DNA of 32,000 bases. Source: Halalkalibacterium halodurans (GTDB taxonomy: Bacteria > Bacillota > Bacilli > Bacillales > Bacillaceae_D). A model generated the notes under the pieces. It made no database searches, was not told where the DNA came from, and saw only the letters and a list, made by a program, of their open reading frames with translations. The position numbers and the translations under genes are program-made. Shown here piece after piece: positions 1 to 13,726 of the stretch; the first letter of the stretch is position 1, and every line of letters begins with the position of its first letter. The stretch lies in assembly GCF_004376175.1 (NCBI RefSeq), contig NZ_SNUY01000005.1:1-32000 (forward strand), written 5' to 3'.

Positions 1-1217
1 GTATCAATTTGTGGTGTCATCGATTGATGGATACGAAGCGTTCTACCAGTTTTCGCGCCATTACAGCATTGAATATGCTGTTCATTCGAACAGGAAAGTC
101 CTTCTTGCTTGTATTTTGGATCAAAGACTGGGCAAGTCCAAACATAGTGTTCTTTTGCTTCATCCAACCCTTTCAATTGTAACTTATGGCCACTAATACA
201 ATGAGGAACACCATACCTATCCAGCTTGGTCATGCCACAAGATTCAAGTGCTTTATCTTGAATTTTACGTGGATTTATGGGAGCCAATAGCTTTGCTTTA
301 AGAATGGATTTTGTGTGTTGTTGATTGTCCGCTGATTGATAAATCCCATCTGCGCTCACGTATTGCACTGTTTTTAGGAACTCTTCAGGAAGATCTTCCG
401 TTACCTTTTCCAAAGTGGGTTCTAGTGTTTTTGCATCATGTTCGTCTCCTTTAAACACACTTCTGGACAAAGGAAGTTCAGACTCTACACCACAGACCAA
501 GGAGATTTTATGTGCAATGTACGTGACGGTATTGCTTTTTCTCATCACGCCTACGTTATCATCCGTAGGAATCTTTGGGCAATGACATGGCTCAGAATGG
601 CTACATTTCTTCATTTTATGGACAGTGGCTTCCGCATCTACATGGGTGGTATCTACAGCGAGTTGTTCTTCTTTTCCTACGATACCGTGAAAAAGATTGT
701 AGCTCACCATAAGTTGCCGAGCTTTCTCCCAAAGTCCGTTTTCAATCATGATCTGATCAAAACGTTCAAATGTTTTCAAGGATGGTCGTGTATCAAAACC
801 ACAGACCATCCGGAAGTCAGAGTTCCCAATAACTTGAAGGTGTACACTGGAAACCATTACTTCCACATAGAGGAGTGGAGCCAAGAGGAAAGCTTTTAAT
901 AAAGCATAAAAGTTCACTCCTTTTCGTCCTTTGGCAGATCTCGTAGGCAATGTGCTCAAGTCCTGTGGAATATCTGGAAATAATTCTGTTGAAGATGGGG
1001 CTGCATCCGTTGAAGTTCGTTTTTTAAAATGATATTCAAACCGTGCTTGGAGAAATTCTTGTTCAATGGGAGAGAACACCTCCTCCCAAGGAAACTCCAA
1101 CCCTAATTTAACATAAGGAAGGTGACGTAAAGAAGAAAATGAATCTTCTGTAAATGAAAAAGAAGGTTGAAGATAGATTACATTTGAATAAGATTTTGGT
1201 ATGATAGAGGTAGTCAT
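1..1217 (-). CDS. DDE transposase, IS5/IS1182-like (partial; C-terminus lies beyond the window start)
   Basis: Manual reverse-strand translation from ATG at 1217 (SD AAAGGAG at 1224-1230) is open for 405 codons to base 1. It is missing from the ORF track, presumably because no stop lies in the window. N-terminal region GRKGVNFYALLKAFLLAPLLYVE...FRMVCGF...PSLKTFERF resembles the DUF772-type transposase N-domain. DDE-like motifs are LAVDTTHVDA and YVSADGIYQS, followed by a Cys-rich insert. Confidence 0.8.
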   Translation of the reverse strand, partial: MTTSIIPKSYSNVIYLQPSFSFTEDSFSSLRHLPYVKLGLEFPWEEVFSPIEQEFLQARFEYHFKKRTSTDAAPSSTELFPDIPQDLSTLPTRSAKGRKGVNFYALLKAFLLAPLLYVEVMVSSVHLQVIGNSDFRMVCGFDTRPSLKTFERFDQIMIENGLWEKARQLMVSYNLFHGIVGKEEQLAVDTTHVDAEATVHKMKKCSHSEPCHCPKIPTDDNVGVMRKSNTVTYIAHKISLVCGVESELPLSRSVFKGDEHDAKTLEPTLEKVTEDLPEEFLKTVQYVSADGIYQSADNQQHTKSILKAKLLAPINPRKIQDKALESCGMTKLDRYGVPHCISGHKLQLKGLDEAKEHYVWTCPVFDPKYKQEGLSCSNEQHIQCCNGAKTGRTLRIHQSMTPQID

Positions 1218-1623
1218 AATGAACTCCTTTCGTGATAGTTGCTAGATACTTCTATTCTACCAAAGGAGCACCATTATGGCTTTTCTTTTTGCCTGAATGA
1301 TCAAAGTTTCCGTTTTCCATAAAAATCCTGTAAATAACTAGAATGACGATATGGTGAAATGGCTGATTATGGCCAAAAATCGCTAAAATTGAGGTTTGAC
1401 AAAACATAAAGAACTTGATCACGTAAAAAGGTATGGGAACACATCTATAGTAGCAAATTGAATGGAATCAGTAATATCAAGGGTTACAGAAATTTGTCCT
1501 GTGGCTCTTTGTTTTTTTCATTATTTTTTCTCTCCACTCCATTTTCTTGTTCAAAGATAAAAACTAGTCTACCACCGTTTTAAGGTGAAAGCCATCGTTT
1601 TCCCTTATACTAGAATTTAAAGG

Positions 1624-1657
1624 GTAAAAAAAGAAGCCCCCAAACGAAGGGCCTCTC
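1624..1657 (-). terminator. Rho-independent terminator after spoIID
   Basis: Minus strand reads GAGGCCC-ttcgttt-GGG(G)CUUC followed by TTTTTTT, immediately after the spoIID stop. The stem has one bulge and one G-U pair. Confidence 0.55.
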
Positions 1658-2683
1658 TTAGTCTCCTCGTGCCATCAGTTGTTGTTCATAAGGTCCTACA
1701 GACTCGATTTCAACCCCTTGATAGTAATGGCTAATAATTTCTTGATACGTACTACCATTTAGAGCCATCCCATTGGCTCCGTATTGGCTCATCCCCACAC
1801 CATGGCCCCAGCCTTTTGTTTCAATGACAATGTTGTCTCCTTGCCTTTTCCATTGAAAATCAGCCGAGTTGAGTTCAAGCTCTTCACGGACAACCCGCCC
1901 CGATATTTCTGTTCCGTTAATGTTCACTTTTGCTACCCGACCGCCTTCCGTTCTGGCCACGATCGACCCAATCGAGCCATCATCAGGCAATGTAACACCT
2001 AGACGCTCTTGAAATTCTTCGACAGATAGAACTTTTTCGCCAATGAAGCGCGGAGAATGTTGTTGATCCCAAGGGCTTTCCACACTTCGCAAATACGGGA
2101 TCTCACTTTTCCAATAGTCCTCCGAGTTTTCCGTATATCCGTTACTTGTTGAAAAAAAAGCAGCTGTAATCGGGGTCCCGTCATACGTAAGAACTTGTCC
2201 CGCTGTTTCCGATACCGCTTGCTTAATGCGAGCAATTTTCCAATGGTAATCCTTTCCCCACCGCTCTTTTAACTCCGCTTCGCTTTGATAGACTTGATGC
2301 ATTTCCGTATCTGTGATCATTGCACCTTCCGGAAGTTCGATATCATTCGGTTCAAGCAGCTGTTTCAGGAGGAATGTGCGGGCGGTTAGAGATTGGGCTT
2401 TTAATGCTTCTAGTTCAAATTCTGCTGGCATTTCGGATGCGACGACACCTACAACGTATTCTTCCAGTGGCACGGCTTCAACGGATTCAGTCTGACTGCG
2501 AAACACGTGTACGGCAAGTTCACTCTCAGGCAAATCTACCGCCTCAATCGGAGCCATTTGCGTCTCCTCAGTGACCATTTGGGGCTGACTCGGAAACATG
2601 ACGAGGAGCGCAGGTAAAAGAAGAATGACGCTGCAAAGTACAATTCCTATGACTATGAGTCGTTTCAATCTCAAACCTCCCAT
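1658..2683 (-). CDS. spoIID: Stage II sporulation protein D (lytic transglycosylase)
   Basis: 341 aa with an N-terminal TM segment. Conserved SpoIID-type sequence (FFSTSNGYTENSEDYW, WGHGVGMSQYGANGMA). Located downstream of murAA, as in B. subtilis. Confidence 0.9.
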   Translation of the reverse strand: MGGLRLKRLIVIGIVLCSVILLLPALLVMFPSQPQMVTEETQMAPIEAVDLPESELAVHVFRSQTESVEAVPLEEYVVGVVASEMPAEFELEALKAQSLTARTFLLKQLLEPNDIELPEGAMITDTEMHQVYQSEAELKERWGKDYHWKIARIKQAVSETAGQVLTYDGTPITAAFFSTSNGYTENSEDYWKSEIPYLRSVESPWDQQHSPRFIGEKVLSVEEFQERLGVTLPDDGSIGSIVARTEGGRVAKVNINGTEISGRVVREELELNSADFQWKRQGDNIVIETKGWGHGVGMSQYGANGMALNGSTYQEIISHYYQGVEIESVGPYEQQLMARGD

Positions 2684-2780
2684 CTAACAATGTTGGCATT
2701 CGTCTCTTCTCTACATTGTATGAAGGCTTGGGCTTGTCTAGAACCTTAATTTATTGAAATTAGTCACATTTAAAGAGCCA

Positions 2781-2809
2781 AATAAAAAAGCCCTCAGCAG
2801 AGGGGCTTC
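2781..2809 (-). terminator. Rho-independent terminator after murAA
   Basis: Minus strand reads AAGCCCCUC-ugcu-GAGGGCUU followed by TTTTTATTT, starting directly after the murAA stop at 2810. Confidence 0.8.
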
Positions 2810-4132
2810 TTAGACTAAATTTGTGTTTAGCTTTAATGGTGCTGGAGCATCGAGATTTTCCAATTCACGCTCAGTCTCCACCACACGTTCAATATCAGCA
2901 CCTAGACGCGCAAGCTTACCGGCTAGATCAACATATCCGCGGTCTACATGTTTTAATTCAACTACTCGCGTATGACCATCTGCGACAAGGCCAGCGAGTA
3001 CGAGAGCAGCACCTGCTCGTAGATCGGTCGCGGTTACTTCAGCACCTTGAAGTTGGCACGGCCCAGAGATTATGGCTGAGCGTCCTTCGATTTTAATATT
3101 GCCGTTCATTCGACGGAACTCTTCAACGTGCATAAAGCGATTCTCAAACACCGTTTCTGTGATGACACTCGTTCCGTTCGCCCGAAGAAGCAATGCCATC
3201 ATTTGCGATTGCATATCTGTTGGAAACCCTGGGTGCGGCATGGTTTTAATGTCTACTGGTTTTAATTCATCTGGGCCAATGACGCGAATGCCGTTATCCT
3301 CTTCAATCGTTTTTACTCCCATTTCATGCATTTTTGCAATTAATGGACGCAGATGTTCTGCAACGGCACCTTCGATGAAAACATCGCCGCCGGTAATGGC
3401 AGCAGCTACCATAAATGTACCAGCTTCAATACGATCCGAGATCACCGTGTGCTCCGCTCCTACTAGTTCATCAACACCTTCAATGCGGATAACACCTGTT
3501 CCTGCACCGCGTACTTTTGCTCCCATGGCATTTAAATAGTTAGCCAAACAAACGATCTCTGGCTCTTCAGCAGCGTTTTCAAGGATCGTCATTCCTTCTG
3601 CCATGGCTGCTGCCATCATAATGTTTTCAGTAGCCCCTACGCTTGGGAAGTCAAGATAAATCTTCGTTCCCTGGAGTCGACCTTCGACCTTCGCTTCAAT
3701 AAAACCATTTCCAATCTCCACTGTCGCTCCCATGGCTTCAAACCCTTTTAAATGCTGGTCAATTGGACGCGAGCCGATCGCACACCCTCCTGGAAGTGCA
3801 ATCCGTGCATGACCAACGCGGGCAAGAAGGGGACCCATGACTAAGAAAGAGGCGCGCATTTTTCGTACATATTCGAAAGGCGCTTCTGTCTTTAAGGGGT
3901 TTGTTGCATTCACAACGAACTCGCCATTTTCATATTCAACGTTTATATTAAGATTGCGTAAAACTTCTTTCATCGTGTATACATCGGCTAATTTTGGCAC
4001 ATCATATATTTTGCTCGTGCCGCGGCTAGCTAGAATTGATGCTGCGATAACAGGCAAGACGGCATTCTTTGCCCCTTCTACCTTAACAGATCCGCTAAGC
4101 TGCCTGCCACCTCGGACAATTATTTTTTCCAA
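2810..4132 (-). CDS. murAA: UDP-N-acetylglucosamine 1-carboxyvinyltransferase
   Basis: 440 aa. N-terminus [27 protein letters not shown]; active-site Cys context [13 protein letters not shown]. Synteny ywmB-murAA-spoIID. Confidence 0.95.
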   Translation of the reverse strand: MEKIIVRGGRQLSGSVKVEGAKNAVLPVIAASILASRGTSKIYDVPKLADVYTMKEVLRNLNINVEYENGEFVVNATNPLKTEAPFEYVRKMRASFLVMGPLLARVGHARIALPGGCAIGSRPIDQHLKGFEAMGATVEIGNGFIEAKVEGRLQGTKIYLDFPSVGATENIMMAAAMAEGMTILENAAEEPEIVCLANYLNAMGAKVRGAGTGVIRIEGVDELVGAEHTVISDRIEAGTFMVAAAITGGDVFIEGAVAEHLRPLIAKMHEMGVKTIEEDNGIRVIGPDELKPVDIKTMPHPGFPTDMQSQMMALLLRANGTSVITETVFENRFMHVEEFRRMNGNIKIEGRSAIISGPCQLQGAEVTATDLRAGAALVLAGLVADGHTRVVELKHVDRGYVDLAGKLARLGADIERVVETERELENLDAPAPLKLNTNLV

Positions 4133-4175
4133 CGTATTCCCCTCCGCGTCTCGTTATTAGGTCTTTTCTATATCA

Positions 4176-4925
4176 TTAATATTCAGTCGTAATTATAGGC
4201 GTGCCAAACGTAACGGTTGTTTGTTCGCCCAAACTCTTCTGTCTTAAGGCAATTTGCAGGTTCATGTCTTGGGTTCCTAGTTCAATGGATGGTTGCCACT
4301 TTGAATGAAAAGCGGAAATGGACAAAAAAGAATCTTCAACAAGAGCTTCCACCTTTTTTGCACCGAACGACTCGAGCATCTCCACTGCAAGCGTTTCTAA
4401 TGGGCGATCGAGTGATGGGACAGTTCCACGCATGGAAATGAAGGTAGCCGCTTCCCCTAAGCCAATATCCTGTTGTCGTTCAGACACCATATCCATTTTC
4501 GAATTCAAATCATCCAGTGACTGGCTTTGAACGTGGTACATCATATGTACCTGATCACGATCCCCTTCTCCAGAGTATCGAAGGATGGTGATGGTTTCGG
4601 TTAGAGGCCATTGAGGGTCATTGCGTGAGGCTGTTATCTTCTGATGAGGATCGCCTTGCATTGCTTCCGTCACGTACCAACTTTCCCCTAATGAAGCAAT
4701 AAAAGATTGGGCAAACTGTTGATACGCTGACTCTGTATCGACATCAGCAATTGTGTCTCGCGCTAAAAATGTCCACTCTTCTACCCCAACATCAAAGCCG
4801 TCCATCTGTTCTGCAAACGTTACGAGAAGATCTAGGTTTGACTTGTTTGTTTCCCCAAACGCCTGAAAATGTACCATCAAGAGTGCAAAAAGAATGAGCC
4901 CTCCAAACACCTTCTGCTTGTTCAT
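4176..4925 (-). CDS. ywmB: YwmB family (DUF1779) protein with signal peptide
   Basis: Start trimmed to ATG at 4925 (SD GGAGAGGGG 7 nt upstream); the track start at 4949 is a TTG. N-terminus MNKQKVFGGLILFALLMV is signal-like. Sits between ywzB and murAA as in B. subtilis. Confidence 0.75.
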   Translation of the reverse strand: MNKQKVFGGLILFALLMVHFQAFGETNKSNLDLLVTFAEQMDGFDVGVEEWTFLARDTIADVDTESAYQQFAQSFIASLGESWYVTEAMQGDPHQKITASRNDPQWPLTETITILRYSGEGDRDQVHMMYHVQSQSLDDLNSKMDMVSERQQDIGLGEAATFISMRGTVPSLDRPLETLAVEMLESFGAKKVEALVEDSFLSISAFHSKWQPSIELGTQDMNLQIALRQKSLGEQTTVTFGTPIITTEY

Positions 4926-5028
4926 TGTGATTTCCCCTCTCCGAATCAATGTGATTACTCACATTTTTTCCAAGAGGCAAAGTCGCATACATGGAAGTTG
5001 TAGTCAACCTTCGACATCTTCAGGTTGG

Positions 5029-5265
5029 TTATTGCCAAATGTAACGTAGCATAAGTGATGATTCTAAATACTGTAGAAAAAAACTGCTGACAAGATAAGC
5101 AAGAGCAATGGTGACAAAGATCATGAGTAACATCGCTTGGGGACTTTTCGGATTTTTGACAAATAAGTCAAACTTGAATGACTGCAAAGCCCACCACACG
5201 GCAGCGAGAAACATAACATGCACAACAATATGTATGAGTGCCTGTTGTCCAAAGTCTTGCATCAT
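5029..5265 (-). CDS. ywzB: DUF1146 small membrane protein (YwzB-like)
   Basis: 78 aa with two predicted TM helices. SD AAGGAGAAATGAGG upstream. Conserved position downstream of the atp operon. Confidence 0.7.
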   Translation of the reverse strand: MMQDFGQQALIHIVVHVMFLAAVWWALQSFKFDLFVKNPKSPQAMLLMIFVTIALAYLVSSFFLQYLESSLMLRYIWQ

Positions 5266-5632
5266 GTCCTCATTTCTCCTTCATAGCCTGTTCAATTACT
5301 TATCAACAAAGCTTTACCAACGTATGAAGATCATTGTTACCTTCGACTCTTACTCGTAAAGAGAAAAAGCCGACTTTTTTAATATAAGCTAGACTGTTTT
5401 CAAAAAAAAGGGTCTAAATCCCCATATCATTTAAAACAATCCATTCTACATAATACAAGAGATTACGTCATAAATCTACACCTTTTTTTAAAAAATTGTG
5501 AAGATGTACGAACATCGGGAAAAACGGACTCATTTCGCCAATACAACCTCCAATTACTCATACGTAAGCTACATGTTATCTTCCCTGTTTTCGTTTCATT
5601 AAACGTTGTCGACCAATGTAAAAATGTCTCTT

Positions 5633-5675
5633 ATGATGAAAAAGTGAACGATCATGATGAAAAAAGTACGATTTT
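5633..5675. repeat. Imperfect tandem direct repeat, 2 x ~21 bp
   Basis: atgatgaaaaagtgaacgatc is followed immediately by atgatgaaaaaagtacgattt, inside an otherwise unassigned AT-rich gap. Confidence 0.6.
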
Positions 5676-5814
5676 TTTGAAAAAATGGTTTCGTTTAATG
5701 GGGCGGAACAACTAAATGTTCCGATATTGGATAGGAAGGTATGTCTTTGCCCTAATCTGAACTTGTTTTTTCGCCAAGTGTTAGGGCATAGGAATGTTGT
5801 ACATTCTTCAACTG

Positions 5815-5846
5815 CAAAAAAGAACCTCCCCATCGGAGAGATCCTT
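5815..5846 (-). terminator. Rho-independent terminator of the atp operon (after atpC)
   Basis: Minus strand reads GAUCUCUCC-gau-GGGGAGGUU (includes G-U pairs) followed by CTTTTTTG, about 30 nt after the atpC stop. Confidence 0.6.
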
Positions 5847-5874
5847 TTCTTTGTTTATCCCGTGAAGTTTCACG

Positions 5875-6309
<435 letters not shown>

Positions 6310-6489
6310 CTACTGTTAGTTACAATAGGTAAATCACTCATGCCCTTCCTCTGCGACCCGCTTCGGACAGCATTTGTATGAAACGACACCTGGGCTGTCA
6401 TATTCCGCATTCCTAGTTCTTGCGAAAACGTAGGTCTTGTTCATTAAGAGAGGGCGAAGCGAGAGAGCTCCGCATTTCTCTAAACGCAC

Positions 6490-7914
<1,425 letters not shown>

Positions 7915-8018
7915 CTAATGGCCTTTCTGCCACAGTTTTGTCTATCAAATCACCGCCACACTACTTATGGCGCTATGTGCATAGAAGAGAGACCATCCAA
8001 AATAGATGGCTCTCCATA

Positions 8019-8903
<885 letters not shown>

Positions 8904-8918
8904 TCATTCAGATAAGAC

Positions 8919-10445
<1,527 letters not shown>

Positions 10446-10496
10446 CTAATCTGTTCAGCTAATTTCCCGAGCTAAGCTGAACATCGTTCAATTCAT

Positions 10497-11048
10497 TTAT
10501 GAACGCGGACCGCTTACAAGCTCCCGATGAAGCACATCAAGCTGCCCTTTAATGCTACCATCATAGATCCGATCGCCAATGCGGATTTTCAAGCCGCCAA
10601 TGACTGATGGATCCACAATATTTTCAATCAAAAGCTTGGCCTTTCCTACCTTTTTCGCAAAAAGTACAGACAGTTGATCCTTTTCTGCCTCCGATAGTGG
10701 TTTAGCAGAATAAACGAACGCCTCTGCGATCTTTTGCGCGTCATACGAAAGGGATTTAAATTTTTGAACGACTGGAATGATAATGTCGATCCGTTTACGC
10801 TCAACAAGTACGACTAACGTGTTGAAAATGGTATCGTTCACTTTTCCTTTAAACGTCTTTTCCAATAGTTCACGCTTCTGCGTTAGCTCTGTCTTCGGAT
10901 GAGTCAAAAATTGCATGAGCTCAGGTGTATCTTGAAATACAGCCTTAATCAACTCTAACTCTGAAACAAACGATTCATGCAGTCCTTTTTCTTGAGCCAA
11001 CTCAAAAAGAGCAACAGCATAACGATTCGCTACCGCATGGTTGCTCAT
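10497..11048 (-). CDS. atpH: F0F1 ATP synthase subunit delta
   Basis: 183 aa with an OSCP-like sequence. The start overlaps the atpF stop (ATGA). Position between atpF and atpA. Confidence 0.9.
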   Translation of the reverse strand: MSNHAVANRYAVALFELAQEKGLHESFVSELELIKAVFQDTPELMQFLTHPKTELTQKRELLEKTFKGKVNDTIFNTLVVLVERKRIDIIIPVVQKFKSLSYDAQKIAEAFVYSAKPLSEAEKDQLSVLFAKKVGKAKLLIENIVDPSVIGGLKIRIGDRIYDGSIKGQLDVLHRELVSGPRS

Positions 11049-11533
11049 AGCTCTTCGCCTACCTCTTTGAGATATTCTGCAATCAACTTCTCCTGCTCTT
11101 TTTCATCTAGCTCTTTCTCAATCACTTTTGTTGCGATTAGAACAGAAAGGGACGCAACTTGTTCACGAAGAGACGCAACAGCTTGCTCTTTTTCTCGTTG
11201 GATTTCGGCAAGAGCCGCTTCTTTCAAGCGCTCTCCTTCTGCACGTGCTGCTTCAACGATTTCCTGCCCTTGTTGCTCACTGAGCTTTTTCGCTTTTTGA
11301 ACAATTTCCTGTGCTTCTTCCCTCGCTTTTTCAACAGCAAGGCGTTGTTGCTCTAAATATTCTTGTGCGTCTTTACGGTCTTTATCCGCCTGATCAATTT
11401 GGTCGTTGATCATTCGCTCCCGTTTCTCCATGACCCCCATTAATGGTTTAAGGGCGAACTTGCTTAAAAGGACAAGAAGCACGATGAAGGCAAATAATTG
11501 ATAGGCAATCGAACCCCAGTTTATATCAAACAC
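11045..11533 (-). CDS. atpF: F0F1 ATP synthase subunit b
   Basis: Start trimmed to GTG at 11533 (SD AAAGGAG about 10 nt upstream), giving 162 aa. N-terminus [23 protein letters not shown] is a single TM helix, followed by a long charged coiled coil. The track N-terminus has no ortholog-like sequence. Confidence 0.85.
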   Translation of the reverse strand: MFDINWGSIAYQLFAFIVLLVLLSKFALKPLMGVMEKRERMINDQIDQADKDRKDAQEYLEQQRLAVEKAREEAQEIVQKAKKLSEQQGQEIVEAARAEGERLKEAALAEIQREKEQAVASLREQVASLSVLIATKVIEKELDEKEQEKLIAEYLKEVGEEL

Positions 11534-11734
11534 GAGCGCGCAACTCCTTTCTTTGACGATACATAAGGAATGGCGAAGGTTCCCCCAAAGGAACATCATC
11601 GCCATTTCCACTTACTAAAAGAAGACTGGTTGAAAAAGACGAAGTTAGACGTCTTTTCCAAACCTGAGGCTTGCTAAAGTGTGCAGTCCCCTGTAATGAA
11701 CAGGCTTAGACAAAGCCCTTCTAGAGTTGTTCTA

Positions 11735-11977
<243 letters not shown>

Positions 11978-12015
11978 TTATTAAATATAGTTAAACGCTC
12001 AAATACGAGCATTCA

Positions 12016-13122
<1,107 letters not shown>

Positions 13123-13126
<4 letters not shown>

Positions 13127-13350
13127 GAGTCATCGTCTCCTAAATACGGTTGAACCACCTTAAAAACACCGTAAAAGCCTGAGCCAAGCCCTAACAAAAG
13201 GAATGCAATCAAGAGTATTGGTTCGGTCCCTAGCATGTTGTCAAGAAATCTACCAATTAACATACCAGTAACAACTCCACCAACTATGTAAGAGGAAATG
13301 ACCGAAACTAGTCCAATCGCTCGCCAAGGACTTTTGCTTCTTGGTGGCAT
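13123..13350 (-). CDS. atpZ: AtpZ/AtpI-family small membrane protein (first gene of the atp operon)
   Basis: 75 aa with two TM helices (MPPRSKSPWRAIGLVSVISSYIVGGV...). SD AAGGAG 9 nt upstream. Same position as atpZ described in alkaliphilic Bacillus. Confidence 0.7.
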
Positions 13351-13539
13351 CTGTCGCCACTCCTTCTTTAACTGGCTTTAAAGCGGTTTACTTAAGATGT
13401 TCAAAAAGTCGGAATTCAAAGCTAAACTTGTACCCATCTACACCTCGTACGATGACATAAGCATAAATGACTTCGCTTTGAATATCCTTGAAGGTTTCTT
13501 CATATTTAACGTGTAAACCCTCTCATTATACCCTTTGTA

Positions 13540-13568
13540 ATCGTACAATAGGGTTATGTTCATGTCAA
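13540..13568 (-). promoter_or_regulatory. Candidate sigma-A promoter for the atp operon
   Basis: Minus strand reads TTGACA (13563-13568), 17 nt spacer, TACGAT (13540-13545). A perfect TATAAT also lies at 13525-13530 but has no good -35. Assignment is tentative. Confidence 0.35.
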
Positions 13569-13653
13569 TGTATTTTCCAAACAAAAATTGCCCAGCAACG
13601 TTTAATGTTCGTCTGTTCACAATTTAGACAAAAACTTTCCTTTAAGGATTTGG

Positions 13654-13700
13654 AAAGGTAAGGGGTACTTTCTAACCACCATTTGTAACCCCTTACCTTT
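13654..13700. terminator. 13-bp perfect inverted repeat downstream of the S8 protease gene
   Basis: AAAGGTAAGGGGT (13654-13666) pairs with ACCCCTTACCTTT (13688-13700) across a 21-nt loop. The T6 run follows it only on the plus strand (13703-13708); on the minus strand the 3' flank is CCAAATCC. Confidence 0.5.
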
Positions 13701-13726
13701 AATTTTTTCGCTGTCATTTTTGGATA

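Noticed and set aside
11-899. Plus-strand ORFs 11-196 and 438-899 from the track
   Set aside because: They lie antisense to a continuous 405-codon transposase frame on the minus strand. They have no SD and odd composition (Cys/His/Trp/Phe-rich).
13438-13620. 60-aa ORF upstream of atpZ
   Set aside because: It has a GTG start with the nearest SD-like sequence about 15 nt away. It lies in the AT-rich promoter region of the atp operon and shows no recognisable motif.
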